64,000 nt of DNA from the NCBI GenBank assembly GCA_964016885.1, contig OZ024740.1:170252001-170316000 (forward strand), given 5' to 3'. Made by a program: the position numbers and the translations under genes. The notes under the pieces were generated by a model. The model searched no databases. It saw only the letters and a program-made list of their open reading frames with translations, and had not been told where the DNA came from. The stretch is from Eledone cirrhosa. Lineage: Eukaryota. Below are positions 44,552 through 58,616 of the stretch, piece by piece (the first letter of the stretch is position 1; every line of letters begins with the position of its first letter).

Positions 44552-44888
44552 CTCCTTAGTGGTTAGCGCATTGGGATTGCAATAAGAAGGTTGTGACTTC
44601 GATTCTCAGACCAGGTGATGCGTTGTGTCCTTTAGCAAGACCCTTTATTTCGCGTTGTTCCTGTTTACTCTGCTGTAGAAATGAGTTGCTACGTCAAAGG
44701 TGCCAAGCTGTATCGGCCATTGCCTTTCCCTTCGACATCATCGGTGGCGTGGAGAGGGGAGACTGGTATGCATGGGTGATTGCTGGTCATCCACAAACAA
44801 CTTTGTCCGGCCTTGTACTCCGGAGGGAAACTTTCTATGTGCAAATCGCATGGTCATTTGTGACTGAAGGGGTCTTTACCTTTACCTA
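44552..44888 (+). mobile_element. tRNA-derived SINE with (TTTACC)n tail
   Basis: A-box-like TAGTGGTTAG, B-box-like ACTTCGATTC, and TGTGTCCTTTAGCAAGAC core. Confidence 0.75.
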
Positions 44889-47800
44889 TTGACCTCCTTT
44901 TTTATGAGAGGTCTGATGGAATGGTATAACATTTTTCCTTATTTGGGATGATAGAAAATAGTAGTATTTCATTGTAAATTGTCACTGACTTTAACCTCTC
45001 ATGACTGTATACATTGAGTCATCAAGCTAGTTTTTGTAAATCACACCTTACATTCTAGTAGTTGTAAATCAACCCTTACAATCTTAAAATGAAAAAAAGC
45101 TATATATGGTTCCAGATTAGTGTGGCTGAAATAAAATAGGATTGTCATGTTTAAATTTTATATATCATAGATTTGGTTGATTGCGACTGACCTGGTGATG
45201 AACAAGTACAACTAACGTTGACAGTATCTGTAGTTTCATGTGGACATATTCTAGAAAGCCTTTAACCTATATTTGTTCTTCAACAAAGTTGATTATGATA
45301 GGTCTTCCCGATTACCTGGAACGAGTAAGCCCAATGGACTCTGGATTTGCAAAACCGTACCTTGCCGCGCTGTAAATTGCATTCTTATGGCAACTTTATT
45401 CCTTTGTGGCTTCCTCTCAGGTTGTAATCTTCTTCCACCGAATTCTCAAAATCCTATGACAACTAAACCAAAAACGCTTTGGTAGCATTGATGTAAATCG
45501 ACCATTTAACTTTGATTGACGGATCTGCTTTTCTGTTAGCATGCATTGCCGCATAGCAAAGAATGTTCCGAATAGTGGTTCTTGTTTCAGCATCCAATGT
45601 GAAAGCCCCCAGTGGAAGCTGAACTTTGTTTATGAAATCTAACCTTGTAAGGAGATATTTTATGGCTAGTGGTATGATTTCACTATTCTTTATATGTTAG
45701 TCGTGGCCGGTAGGAAGGAATGCCCATGATCTTTGCAAGTCCATCAGGTCTAGTAAGATTTATGCAGTTCATGTTCAACTTGAACATCTATAAGTCAATA
45801 TCTGTAGAAATATGTATAGTTACAATTCACCGTAGAAAGGACTAGGCGAAATGTTTCATGCAGGATTGTGGTGGTAATATCGACAAGACATACGTCTGCA
45901 ATGAGAAAATCCAGATATAGAAGATATACAAATAGCTATACCGTTTCACTTCTAATATAAATTTTGTAACCAGGTCTAAATGTAGTTCTGAAAGAAGTTA
46001 TATTTGTATCGCTGTTCAAGTGTTTAGACCGAACGAAATTATGAAAGAACCAATCAGATTCCAAAGATTATACAGTTGGATAAAAAGAATGTGAAGCAAT
46101 CTGAAATTTTCATTTCCAAGTGTTGCAAATGTATGGCAGATGTACCTGGTGACATATTATGGTGTCATTAGAACTAGACGCTTGAAACCTCACGGAAAAT
46201 AATTTTTATCTCTAACTATGACAATCCTACACTGCTGCTTTTAGTGCTGAGGATAAAGCTAGTCGAGATGTGTATGGAAAGTCATGAGACATCATGAATG
46301 CTCTGATCATGTTGTCTTATTGGAACGTCAAAAGAAAAAAATGGTATTGTTATTGGAAATGAGCGGCATTGGCGCCCAGAAGCTACAGAAATAATTAATC
46401 ATAAAGCCATTAATATGAAAATGAAAAGTAGCCAACATATCAAGTAGATACATGGCATTACTTTTCCATTTGATGAATCAAGACCTCTCTGATACTATAT
46501 TTGAAATGTGAATGTGATAATGAAAATGTTTCCCATTTTATGACATTAAAGCTAATTTAACTGCTTGATCAGAAAGCTGCACATATTAGTATGCTTTGAT
46601 TGAAATGTCTCATGCGTACAATAATTTGTCATATTAGTAAACAAAATATGTTTTATTGTACTATTTATATACTGCATAGAGTAATAGTATATAATCTCGT
46701 TAAGGGTCATACCACCCATATTCCACATTACTGTCTTATGTATGTATATATGTAAGAATCAACTAACGAACGAGAGCTTAACCTTGTAGCCAGACATGTT
46801 ATATTTTAGCGTATCTTTTTATTGGCAAAGATGCATGTGTAAATTTAATAACCGGAAAAATGAAAAGAGTATTAGAAAAAGGGGCAAGCACTGGAAAATG
46901 TGATATATAATTGGCGAATCTCCAGTCGCCTTTGACTTTCTAATATAGAGAAAATGTAAACTAAAGAAGGGGGGGAGGAATGAGAACGAGGATGGCGAGA
47001 TTTTGAATTTAAAATCGAGAAAAGGCGACTGGGAAGCAATAGGAAGGAGGCAGTGGCAATTGTCTTCTGCATTATCGTGTTTGCTTTTTGATTATATTTC
47101 TGGCCGACATTCACTAACAACTGCAGTGCGGAATATATAAGTAGTATTTAGAGCATGGCAAAACTAGTTGTTTTGCTTGTTTGCTGCATCATTACTGGAT
47201 CGTTGCTGCTGCTGTTACTGTTGTTGTTGGTGCTGACGCTTTTGTTTTTTTTTTCTGCTGTTGATCAACCCTGATCCAGCAGATGTATGTTCAAATGGAT
47301 CCCAGCCTTGGTACTCCAGACTCGTAGAACTACGTACATTAATATGATCTGTTCTTATTTATGACATCAGAACGTAGTTTGAGGGAAATTTGGTTGCCGT
47401 TTCTAACGGGTTAATTTATTATTATGTTGAGATTCCCTCTAGCTTGCATTCTGATTGAAACCGTTCTGGAGACGTTTTTCTTTCTTTTTTTTTTTTGTTG
47501 TGTGTATTTTTAAGACTTTTTTAGTACAATAAAAATGAGTTCTCCCTATAACTCTTCCACTGTGAAGCTGATGCTGTGAATGTTTAACTTTTCCAGGGCG
47601 TTCTTAATTAGAAAACTAAGATAGGAAGGATGTTTACAGAGTTTTAGTCCTGTGGCATAATGATAGTGCGAAATGTTTACTATAATCATTGTGAGGTGGA
47701 ACACAGTAATGTTGCCGTAATGCGAGGACGTAAGCTCATCACCTGTGCTACACAGTTTGCGAGATCGTATGGAAAAATAGCTGTAGTAGTAGTTCAAAAC

Positions 47801-48044
47801 CGAAAAGGTTTATGCTGGTACATTGATGGGTTACTTGTTATAGCTTATTGATCAGTGAAGCTTTAATTATAAGTCAAATAGCTTTTATTTTGGTGCATAC
47901 AGGAATGCATCAATATGCAGATACATCGGGGCAGATAGGTGAGTAGTAATCTGTGTTGATTTGATTAAATCATTACATTAGCTCATTGATTTTTGTTGAG
48001 AATTGTTTTGATCAGTTCAGTTTTGGATGATCAGTTTACTGATC

Positions 48045-48297
48045 AAGGCAGGAGACCCAGGGTTATACTCCGAGGAAGATGGTTGTATAATATTCATGAG
48101 CTTCGCAGTTCTCACTTGGGGATCGAGCTGGTTCAGTTGGAGACAGCTGCTTCTGACAAGACGCGCTGGAAGGAGTGTTTGAGGAGCCTACCCCACAACC
48201 TTCTCAGCAATAAGTGGGTGACGAAGAAGAAGAAGAAGAAGAAGAAGAAGAAGAAGAAGAAGAAGAAGAAGAAGAAGAAGAAGAAGAAGAAGAAGAA
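48045..48297 (+). mobile_element. RTE LINE extreme 3' end with (AAG)n tail
   Basis: Homologous to 25270-25492 (GRRPR...RWL...QLETAASD..RWKE). Confidence 0.8.
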
Positions 48298-48422
48298 AGG
48301 CATTCGTGTTCCACGAGTGCAAATTCCCATGTTTTTGCCGTTATGGCGGTTTATATGCCCTAATATTAGAATAAAATCTGTAATTCTAGTTTCAATATAT
48401 GTATGTTTATATATGTAAGTAT

Positions 48423-48806
<384 letters not shown>

Positions 48807-48871
48807 CGAATCGAGTTAGTTATAAACATTTATAATTGTTGAATTACCAACACATTAAATATCCCTTTTGC

Positions 48872-48929
<58 letters not shown>

Positions 48930-49167
48930 GCAAAAGGGATATTTAATGTGTTGGTAATTCAACAAATATACATTTTTATAACTGATTCGACGCACTCCAC
49001 AGATTTCTGTGATATTTTCAATGATATTAAATAAATGGAAACTACATCTATAAAACTATATTTATTCTATTATATATATTTCAAGGGTACCAAAATACAG
49101 AGCTTGTTTTATAAATATTGACATATCCAGGAAGAAGATCTTAACGGTTCAAGTTTTTCCTGGATAG

Positions 49168-49170
<3 letters not shown>
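48807..49170. mobile_element. Family F-related pieces: inverted tails around a (TA)n, hammerhead deleted
   Basis: 48809-48876 is inverted to 48923-48990; 48970-49130 aligns to 13893-14090. Confidence 0.6.
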
Positions 49171-49210
<40 letters not shown>

Positions 49211-49409
49211 CGTTTCTGAATTTGTTTAGCAAGATTCTTTATCTGAAATCGTGTGTTGAAACCGATATTGTTATACTTTGGGAGGGTCATGTTGCCAATA
49301 AGAAACACACGCACCAGTTGCTTTCACTTCAATTTATTATATATTTATAAATTTACAAATCTACAAACTTATAAATTTCTGGTTGGTTGGTTAAGACATC
49401 GTAGTTAAG

Positions 49410-50508
49410 ACACCCCCACTAAAGAACAGTCAGGAACTAGAGAAAAACACAATGGAAAGCATCCAGCAAATAGCAAACTCCATCCACCAGAGCATTAGAG
49501 TTACTATAGACTACCCAAGTAGACACCCCAACCATCGATTACCTGTACTAGACACAGAGCTCTGGTTAGATACCATTAACAACCAAAAAACAAATCCTCC
49601 ATTACCATTATGCCAAACCCATGACTTCCAAACATCTGATCCATCGAAACTCGGCATTTCGGACCATACCAAAATCAACATACTGATTGCGGATTTGGTA
49701 CGGGTGATGAGAAATATGTCCCGCATGTGCAACCCCGAAGAACTAGAGAAACACATACAACACTTCATCCACCGTATGCAGTTCTCTGGCTACAATCAGA
49801 GAGATAGAATCAGAGTGTATAAAGGAGCCAGAACCAAATGGGAAAAAAAAAAAAAAAAAAAAAAAAATGGTAAATAAATAATAAAAAATAAATAATGACA
49901 TAAATGGGACCTGCCCCTTGTATAGGAGCAAATTTTGGAATAGAATAGAAAGAACTAGGAACAAGGCCAATAGAATAAACTCATGGTATGATAGCAATAA
50001 ATACCAGAGTGTAATGTTCATCAATACAACCCCTAGAGGCGAACTAGCCTACAAATTTAGAAGGGCCCTAAATAAACATAATCTCAATATTAAGATAGTA
50101 GAAAGACCTGGTACCTCCGTAAAAACACTTATTAGCAAGACATACCCGTTCCAAAGACCCTCATGTATAGATAAGAAATGTATAACCTGTAAAATAAGCC
50201 CCCATATTAACTGTAAAACTAGAAATGTAGTGTATAGCATAAGATGTACTGAAGGACAATGTAGAAACAAAAATATAGTGTACATAGGTGAGACAGCTCG
50301 TAGTATAGGGGAACGAATAAATGAACACTGGCGAGACCTCCAAGATAATAAAGAATCATCTGTGCTCTACCAACATGCTAAGATAGAACACAGGGGTAGA
50401 TTAGAGAGCATAGAAATAAAAATAGAATCCACGCACAGAAAAGACGCAATGTTTAGGCAAATTACAGAGGCAGTAAGCATAAAAGAATTAAAACCAAAAT
50501 TAAATTAA
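49410..50508 (+). pseudogene. PLE RT thumb + CX4CXXC linker + GIY-YIG (CCHH), frameshifted
   Basis: DYPSRHPNHRLPVLD, RMQFSGY, SVMFINTTPRGEL, CIDKKCITC, NVVYSIRC...YIGETAR...RINEH...RQITEA. Confidence 0.88.
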
Positions 50509-50867
50509 AATTAAAAATAAAATTAAAATTAAATAGAAAATATGAGTGGAACAGCAACATCACAACTTACAATTAAGGACAAAATGAAAACACACACACA
50601 CATAGAACAAACAACTTACAATTGAAAACACACACAAAATGAAAACACACACAGGACAAAATGAAAACACACACACACACATAGAACAAACAACAAACCA
50701 ACAATAAATAAATAAATAAATAAATAAACAAATAGAAAAATGAACACAAACACACACAGACACCCGGATGTGGCGCATGCGCAAACTGAGCACACAACAC
50801 ACACACAGAAACAAAATGGCATAGGATAGAAGAAAGAAAAGGCACAGAAACGAAGAAAGGAATCCCC

Positions 50868-50912
50868 AGTCACTGAAGAGGTCACAGAGTGTGTGACGAA
50901 AGGACTATGACT
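50868..50912 (+). ncRNA. Minimal type I hammerhead in the Naiad-like 3' UTR
   Basis: agtca CTGAAGA g gtcaca gagtg tgtgac GAAA ggac TA tgact. Confidence 0.75.
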
Positions 50913-51064
50913 ATATATATAAACAACTATCTGGTTGTGGAACCAACCAACCAACCAGAAATTTATAAGTTTGTAGATTTGTAAATTTATAAATATATAA
51001 TAAATTGAAGTGAAAGCAACTGGTGCGTGTGTTTCTTATTGGCAACATGACCCTCCCAAAGTAT

Positions 51065-51137
<73 letters not shown>

Positions 51138-51143
<6 letters not shown>

Positions 51144-52372
51144 TAACAGATTAAAGTTTAAGCAAAGAATCGCTGCTTTCACCCTTAACGGGATCTTCTG
51201 AAACTAACAAAGTTAATCTGTAAACGCAGAAGTTAATATTTCAAAAAACGTTGCAACCGGAGGAAGACAGGAAGACGATACTTTGGTTCGTGGAAACGTT
51301 CCCTGGCAAAAAAACGAATATAATACGTCATTAATAGGAGCGGTGAAAAACAATTTCACGCAAAGACAAAACCATGGTTATAGTATAAAAGAAGTCGTAG
51401 ACTAATGTTCTCTTAGGTGGTTCATAGAGACCTTCTCTGGCAATGAACGGAAAAAACGAAGATAATACGTCATATGTGGAACATTGAGAACAATTGCACG
51501 CAAAGACAAAACCACATAAATGGTATAGCTGAAGTTGTAGACTAAAATTCTAACTAGGAAACCGAATGATTCTCCGCTTCAGAGTTAAGAATAAATTAAA
51601 TAAAATACAATACAGAGGTAATTGAAATGAAATAAATACATACACGCGTCCAAATACGTACATACACCAGCATACGCGAAAACACTCGCCATAGGTATAC
51701 AAAAACCACGCACATATAAATATGTGTGTGTGTGTGTGTGCGTGTATACAAATAAATAAATAATTAAATAAACGTATATAAATAAATAAATACGTATATA
51801 ACAAGCGCACACACATACCTACATGTAAATACACAAATGTTCGGAGATGTACGTCAACCAAAACATGAAGTACACATATACACACACCCAACATACGTAC
51901 AAACCCGCATACTCACACAGACGCAAAACTCCAGTATACACATAACCAAACCATATGTACCAGAATATATAAAAAATTATACGCCATAACATATACAATC
52001 AAATATACGTACGAGAAAGTATACGTACCTTCACAAAAGATACAGGTAATATATACTTACCTGTGCAAATAAGTAATGGTATAAACATAACATATACTCA
52101 GCTACCACATCAATACGTAAAATATTCACGTATAGATCGAACTATCCGTTCGGGTATAATGTGGGGCTGTAATATAGGAAAGTTTTGTGCAATTTTTGTT
52201 TACAAGCCGATATTGCCTCAGATTTTTTGTTTAAGATGTGGTCTTTGGCGTGGAGTATTTCCAGGGCCTCAGCGGCGCAGATGTCACATGGTCTTTTATT
52301 TCCGTTATACGATCTAGCTTTAGCTAGGATCTCCCAGTGTAACTTATATTGGGTGTGGTTGTCTTTTAGACT

Positions 52373-52374
<2 letters not shown>
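51138..52374 (-). mobile_element. Family B PLE 3' part (GIY-YIG end, UTR, HHR-like motif at 51147-51220)
   Basis: Aligns along its length to 58608-59836; (TA)n flanks. Confidence 0.88.
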
Positions 52375-52412
<38 letters not shown>

Positions 52413-52659
52413 GTACGTATGGGTTATATCGAACATTAATAATAATGTTCGATTCGTTTGTAAACAAACGGCCTGATTTGAAGCTGTGTTTGAAGCTATG
52501 TTATATATATATATATACATATATGTGCGTGTGTGTATTATACAATTTAAAGTTAACATCTATAGAATAAATATATGAGTAGAAGTAATCGTTCTTGGAA
52601 TATCCCAGTAAATATTCCAAGCTCGTCAAGATGTTCACCGTGAGAATATTATTGTTACG

Positions 52660-53200
52660 GCGGTGGATTGGCAGTATCGGTAGAGGGTCGGACGCCATGC
52701 TTTGCAGCATAGAGTTACGGCCCTTGCCATTCTGAGTTCAAATCCCGCCGAGGTTAACTTTGCCTTTCATCCTTACGTAGTCGATAAAATAAAGTACCAG
52801 TAATGTACTGATAATTGCTGGCCTTGTGCCAAAAGTAGAAACAATTATTATTATGGCCGAATTGGCGATGATAATCATACTCGTCGGCAAATTGATTTTC
52901 AATATTTGTTTCAGTTCTTTACCTCGTAGTTCAACTCACACCGAGACTAATTTTGTCTTTCATCATTCGGGGGTTAATAAATTAAAATTTTGGTATCTGA
53001 TTTAGGCAAGAGGCCAACAATTTTTGGGGGGAAAGTCGAGTAAATCGACCCCAGTGCACTACTAGTACTTTATTTTATCGACCCCGTAAGGATGAAAGGC
53101 AAAGATAACATTGGCAGGATTTGAAATCAGATCGTAAAGAGCCGTAACTCTATGCCATAAAGAATGTTGTCCTATGCTCCAAAGATATTACCAATCCATT
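52660..53200. mobile_element. SINE cluster: one full plus copy (52660-52855), one diverged plus copy and one minus copy
   Basis: Nin-like core present in both orientations. Confidence 0.8.
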
Positions 53201-53845
53201 AGACAATTGTTAGGGACGATTTAGACGACTTTCCTCATTCCCTCAAAATACTGGCCTTGTCCCAAAATTAGAAACCATTGTTATTATTTATAATTGCCAT
53301 ATAGTTGCTATTCACTTCGTTGACGCTGATTTTGTTGTTCTTGTTGCTGTTATTATAGAGTCAGAAAGTAGTTTAATTGGTTGCTTCAACTTACTAGTTT
53401 CTCATTCCATTAATTAGATACGTGATCGATAGGTGTGTTGTATAATTCATTATTGGAGTGTGTTGTTGATCAATAAATTGTTGTCAGTTTTGTCCTTTTT
53501 TTTGGTTCTAGTGTTTCCTACTTCTCTTTTTATCTCTTAGCTTCTTATACTAATTCATTGGCCAATTGTATAGTTTAGTTTTCAACATATTTCTCTGATA
53601 TAACACATTTTTTTTTTTTTACTTACTCACGAATTTATTTATTTATTTATCAATTAGACATTTGACTAATTAGATATTTTGATATTGATTAGTTGTGTAA
53701 TAACCATTAATTTATATATATATATGAATATATATATATATATATATATACGTGTATCTGTATATATATATATGCGTGTATCTTGTAACATAGCAGTTCA
53801 ACAAAGAGCTATTGATAAAATAAGTAACAGACATGAAGATAAATG

Positions 53846-53902
<57 letters not shown>

Positions 53903-53921
53903 CTATAGGAAAAGAGTCAGG

Positions 53922-54017
53922 ACTCCGACGGCTGAGCTCGGGCCGTTTCGACAGCTAGATCGGAACTAAGCCAGCAGTAATAGAACGGCGGGAGTCTAGC
54001 TGAACTTATCAAGGGAT
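53922..54017 (-). ncRNA. Hammerhead with U3:A8 core and extended stem II (family H)
   Basis: tccc TTGATAA gtt cagctaga-long loop-tctagctg tc GAAA cggc ccgagctca gccg TC ggag. Confidence 0.65.
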
Positions 54018-54571
54018 GCAGCCCATATATGGGCATGCAGTCAAAACAAAAAAGCAGAAATATCAAATCAATCTAGCCAAAAATTTTTTTGTTTTTCTTG
54101 TCTGTCACGAGGAGTGTTCAATCATTTTGGGATGTCATGTACATGGTTAAATTCCTTCATAGCGGCAGGGAGGGGTACTGAACTGGCCTGTTTGTTATAT
54201 ACATATATATATATACACGTGTGTCGTTGTTTACGCTTATGTAACATAACGGTTCAACAAACTGTTATCGATAAAGTATGTATCAGACATGAACAAAAAG
54301 CATGAGTCATGGTGTTGTGATCGGCTCTTTTCCTTCCCAACTTTCGGTCGCAGTCCAATCAATAAGTTCTGTGAAATATCAAAAGAATGAAAATGTAACT
54401 CACACATGCATACGCGCGCGCACGCAAACGAACGTGTGTATGTATGTAAGGCCGGAAGAACTCATAAGAGTCAACAGCCATCCACATGTGTGTAAATATG
54501 TATATACAAATGATATGTGTATGTATGTGTATATGCGCGCGGACACAGAAATAGTCGGGCTGGACACCCGA

Positions 54572-54701
54572 TCGCGTGGTTAAACCACTGGGAGTGAAGG
54601 ACCCCTAGTCAGGCATTGCACGTTGGAATTAATTAATAATTATTAATAATGGTATATCGTGCAATGGCCATACTCAATAACGAGGGGAAAGCCATCATCA
54701 T
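54572..54701 (+). mobile_element. Short internally deleted copy of the RTE-derived non-autonomous element
   Basis: Shares 5' GGTTAAACCACTGGGAGTGAAGGACCCCTAG and the 3' end with 56346-56661. Confidence 0.7.
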
Positions 54702-54718
54702 GTGTGTATGTACGTACG

Positions 54719-55281
54719 TCTGTTCTTCTGGTTTTATAACTTCATAATATTTTGTACCAATAGTGAGAGTCGTTTTTTAACATAGACACATGACTCTCTC
54801 ATTGGAGTTTAATCAACATCAACTAGGTAGATATATATGTATATCTGCATGTATGTGTGTGTGTGCAGGTATGGATGTTATTGTAAGTGTGGATGTGGAT
54901 GTTTTGAGTTGTATGTGTGCACGTGCATATGTTTTGTATCTGTACATGATGTGTACATGCAGTTATTAGATGCAGAATTTTGGGAATATTTTTACTGGTC
55001 ACTTAATGGGTTGTGCTTCTAATTTCCTAACTAGTCGTGTTCTTTCTATTTCTGTGAAGCCCAGCTTCTCAAGATTTGGCCTGATGCAGTTACTAACATA
55101 TCCCAGTGCCCCGATAATCACAAGTATAAATCTGAAGATATAGCCAGGGTGGAGTATCTGCAGATTTCTCATTAGTTCTGCATAGATATTCTCATTTTCG
55201 CTAATCTTTAATATTATATTGGCATCTGTTGGGCAGCTAACTTCCACTATTGTGCGTGCCTTCTTTTCCCTGTCCCATAAT
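54719..55281 (-). mobile_element. R4/Dong-like LINE 3' end in (TATG)n
   Basis: ILWDREKKARTIVEVSCP...LGFTEIERTRLVRKL; homologous to 43395-43929. Confidence 0.88.
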
Positions 55282-55484
55282 ATTGCATGTATCATGTATG
55301 TATGTATGTATGTATGTATGTATGTATGTATGTATGTATGTATGTATGTATTATGTATGTATGTATGTATGCATGTATGAATGTATGTATGGTTGTTTGT
55401 ATGTATGTGTGTATGTATGTACGAAGGTATGTTTGTTTGCGTGAATGTATGTATGCATACATGTAATCTTTTATTACACATATG

Positions 55485-55523
<39 letters not shown>

Positions 55524-55621
55524 AGGGTTGACGGACCCACCATATTTATCAATGCCAGTACCGGTTGTATCTCAGCGCACTCAATGGGCAATGTAAGATA
55601 CATTACCAATATATATATGTA

Positions 55622-55699
<78 letters not shown>

Positions 55700-55702
<3 letters not shown>

Positions 55703-56140
55703 GTCATAAAGTAACACCAGTGGTTGACTACCAGGCTGCTGTTGGGGATACTACTCAACCACATGTTTGCCAAGCATGTGGTAGAGAATGTAAATCAGCA
55801 GGAGGGCTCAAGCGACATGCAAAAGTACATGAACTCCAACCACAGCCGACTATTCCCAGTGAATGTTTTGGTTGCCGACTCTGTGCAAGACATTTTAGAT
55901 CATTGGCTGGGCTAAAAAGCCACATTGGATCGCAGCGCTGTTAGTTGCTATCGTGTGTGTGTGTGTGTATAGATATGTTTATGTGTGTGCGTGTGTGTGT
56001 GTATATATATATTATTATTGTTGTTGTTGTCGTTATTATTATTGTTGTTATTATTATTATTATTTTTATTAATATATATTTTTTTTTCTCGTGCAATGGC
56101 CATACTCAATAACGAGGGGGAGGCCATCATCAACATCATC
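55700..56140 (+). mobile_element. Probable RTE LINE 3' end encoding two C2H2-like fingers
   Basis: CQACGRECKSAGGLKRHAKVH and CRLCARHFRSLAGLKSH, then a 3' end TCGTGCAATGGCCATACTC...GCC(ATC)n shared with 54572 and 56346. Confidence 0.6.
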
Positions 56141-56199
56141 ATGTATGTACGAAGGTATGTTTGTTTGTTTGTGTGAATGTATGTATGCATGTAATCTTT

Positions 56200-56266
<67 letters not shown>

Positions 56267-56302
56267 TATGTGTGTATATATATATATATGCATATGTATG
56301 TA

Positions 56303-56345
<43 letters not shown>

Positions 56346-56347
<2 letters not shown>

Positions 56348-56661
56348 CGCGGTTAAACCACTGGGAGTGAAGGACCCCTAGACTTTGTCAGAGCATTCTT
56401 CTAGGAGAAGGCAACGCAGGAGACTGGGATAACTCCGATATAAAACCTGCGGCTCATTAGTTACCGATGATGTTGATCTTTTCTTCTTTTCGGGTTATAG
56501 CTACTGTCGCTCAGAGAGTGGGATTGGCTCAGTGCACAGTCTTTCCTCACTTTAAAAAATATCTTCACGCACAGGCATTGCACAATAGAATTAATTAATA
56601 ATTATTAATAATGGTATATCGTGCAATGGCCATACTCGATAACGAGGGGGAAGCCATCATA
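56346..56661 (+). mobile_element. Bipartite RTE-derived non-autonomous element (5' UTR-like plus 3' end)
   Basis: CTAGGAGAAGG...TAAAACC RTE-like 5' motif; 3' end matches 56088-56132. Confidence 0.65.
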
Positions 56662-56834
56662 TATGTATGTATATATGTATGCATATATGTGTGTGTGGGG
56701 GGGGGGGGGGGTCTGTGTGTGTGTATGTAAATATATATGTAAAAAGGAAACAAATATAACAAAAATAACAACCCAAAGGGCACAGTACATGGAAGAAATA
56801 TATAAGTTTAACGCTGGAAGAAGCAGGAAAAGAG

Positions 56835-56870
56835 CCTTAAGATTTCGGACACTAGTCCTTCATTAGTAGA
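56835..56870 (-). ncRNA. Decayed hammerhead (G5A), same family as 61785
   Basis: tcta CTAATGA a ggac tagt gtcc GAAA tc TT aagg. Confidence 0.5.
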
Positions 56871-57169
56871 TAGAGTTAGAAATAGAAGATAAATAGAAAG
56901 TAAAGAATGGTGAGAGGAAGGAAGGGGGGGAAAATGAGAAACAAATGTGTTGCTGTGTGTGGGTCTTTATTTATTTATTTGTGTTGCAGTCGAGGGGCTA
57001 AGGCCATGTTGGGGCACCACTACCCATATATATATATATATGACGGCGATGAATTTGTATATATATATATATAAGATTAAGATAATAAACAAAAAAGACT
57101 TTTAAAATATGTGTGAGGTGAATAAAAGATTGAAAAATTAAAGAAGGGAAAACTCTACACTAGATATTA

Positions 57170-57266
57170 TAGTTAACTTTGCCTTTCATCCTTACGGGGT
57201 CGATAAAATAAAGTACCAGTAATGCACTGCGTAATTGATGGCCTTGTGCCAAATGTAGAAACAATT
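57170..57266 (+). mobile_element. SINE 3' half
   Basis: Nin-like core and tail. Confidence 0.75.
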
Positions 57267-58616
57267 ATATATTTGCTACATTCCGCTGCAGCAGCCATTC
57301 TGCCTCATGTGGCTATTTCTTCAAGCGGGAAACATTCCTTCGGTCTTTGGGGGGGGGGGGGCACAGCTGTCCGGAGACGACTGGAGGTAGTGGTAGTCTC
57401 GACGTAACCAGCACGAAGAATAAGTCATTTATGAAGTCCGGGTAATTGGATATCGGCTTTTCCTCTGTGTCACGGAATGCAGTGTTCGAGTTTGTGGTCA
57501 AAATGCTAAGGCTGGAACCGAAGAACGTGTCACAGCATGTGGCGCCCCAGATAAAAGATTTAACCCACTTGGGGCAGGGAATTACCAACAATATAATCGA
57601 GTCTGCATCAAGGTTATTTCTAATGAAGTTATTTATGGTGGCCTATCGACAGAACTCAGACCTGCCAACCTCTAAAATCCCAAACGGAGAGTACCATGAA
57701 AAAAATTGCCCCGAAACGGGGAGAAATGGGGCAAAATGGGGAGATTTTACATAATGAAAGGTATACCCATTTTCACAAGAGAAGACATCTCTCACACACC
57801 TCAAAGTTCGTGGGAGATCTCCCCGTCGGACGAGGATATTTGACAGGTCCGGTATTAGAATGTATACAATAAACACCTCTGTCTATCATAATTTGTGGTC
57901 TTCTCTTTATGATACAATACCTTATTAATGAGGCGGACCTGTTTCAAATCCTGAATTGATAGGTCTGGGAACATGACTGTACTTTGGCGACAAGAGAGTG
58001 GATGTAGTCCAACATCGTAAATCATGGGTTCAACCAGGAGGCCCTGGCGCAGTGATACTCCGATATGTGTACATTCATCAATATGAAGAATACCGGTTGT
58101 GGAAGAGTGAAGCCATATGTTGCTGTTCGGATGTGTGGCAGACCGGAGGCTGGTGAGACGGTGATAGCCCAAATGTTCCTTCCTCTCAATTTGCTGGACT
58201 AGAGCCAAAATTAAAAACAATTAATTTAAAGCAGGAAATTTATAATGATTAACTAAGCAATGGTTTTTAGTGTAGATTTTCTGCAGATGCTGAAAGTGTT
58301 TTCTTTCAAGGTGAAAATAAAATAGAAAAAAATATATATTAATATGAACATATTAATTCCAGAGGGAAACACCCAATTATATGCATCAATGAATTAACTA
58401 GAGAATATATTACATATGATTCTGAGCTGCAAAGCTGACTAGACAATATTGTTAGTGTACGTTATTACGGAATTTATATTAAGGACGAGATGATTGGCTT
58501 TAAATCCCGAATCTAGCTCAGTAGAGAGCTATCAGATTCTCCGTGCTGGATTTTAAACATGTGTTTAGAACTGGATATGAGTATATATATATATATATAT
58601 ATATTTATTAAAATAA

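Larger units (their letters stand above)
49209..51071 (+). mobile_element. 5'-truncated Naiad-like Penelope-like element (family C) with inverted pLTR
   Basis: 49265-49392 is inverted to 50945-51071, with an extra tail at 49209-49264 and (TA)n flanks. Confidence 0.9.

Noticed and set aside
45900-46450. Possible piggyBac transposase remnant
   Set aside because: Only vague peptide resemblance; no TIRs or TTAA boundaries found.
57290-58210. LINE fragments on the minus strand
   Set aside because: Probably L1/Tx1-like decay, but too degraded to give supported boundaries.
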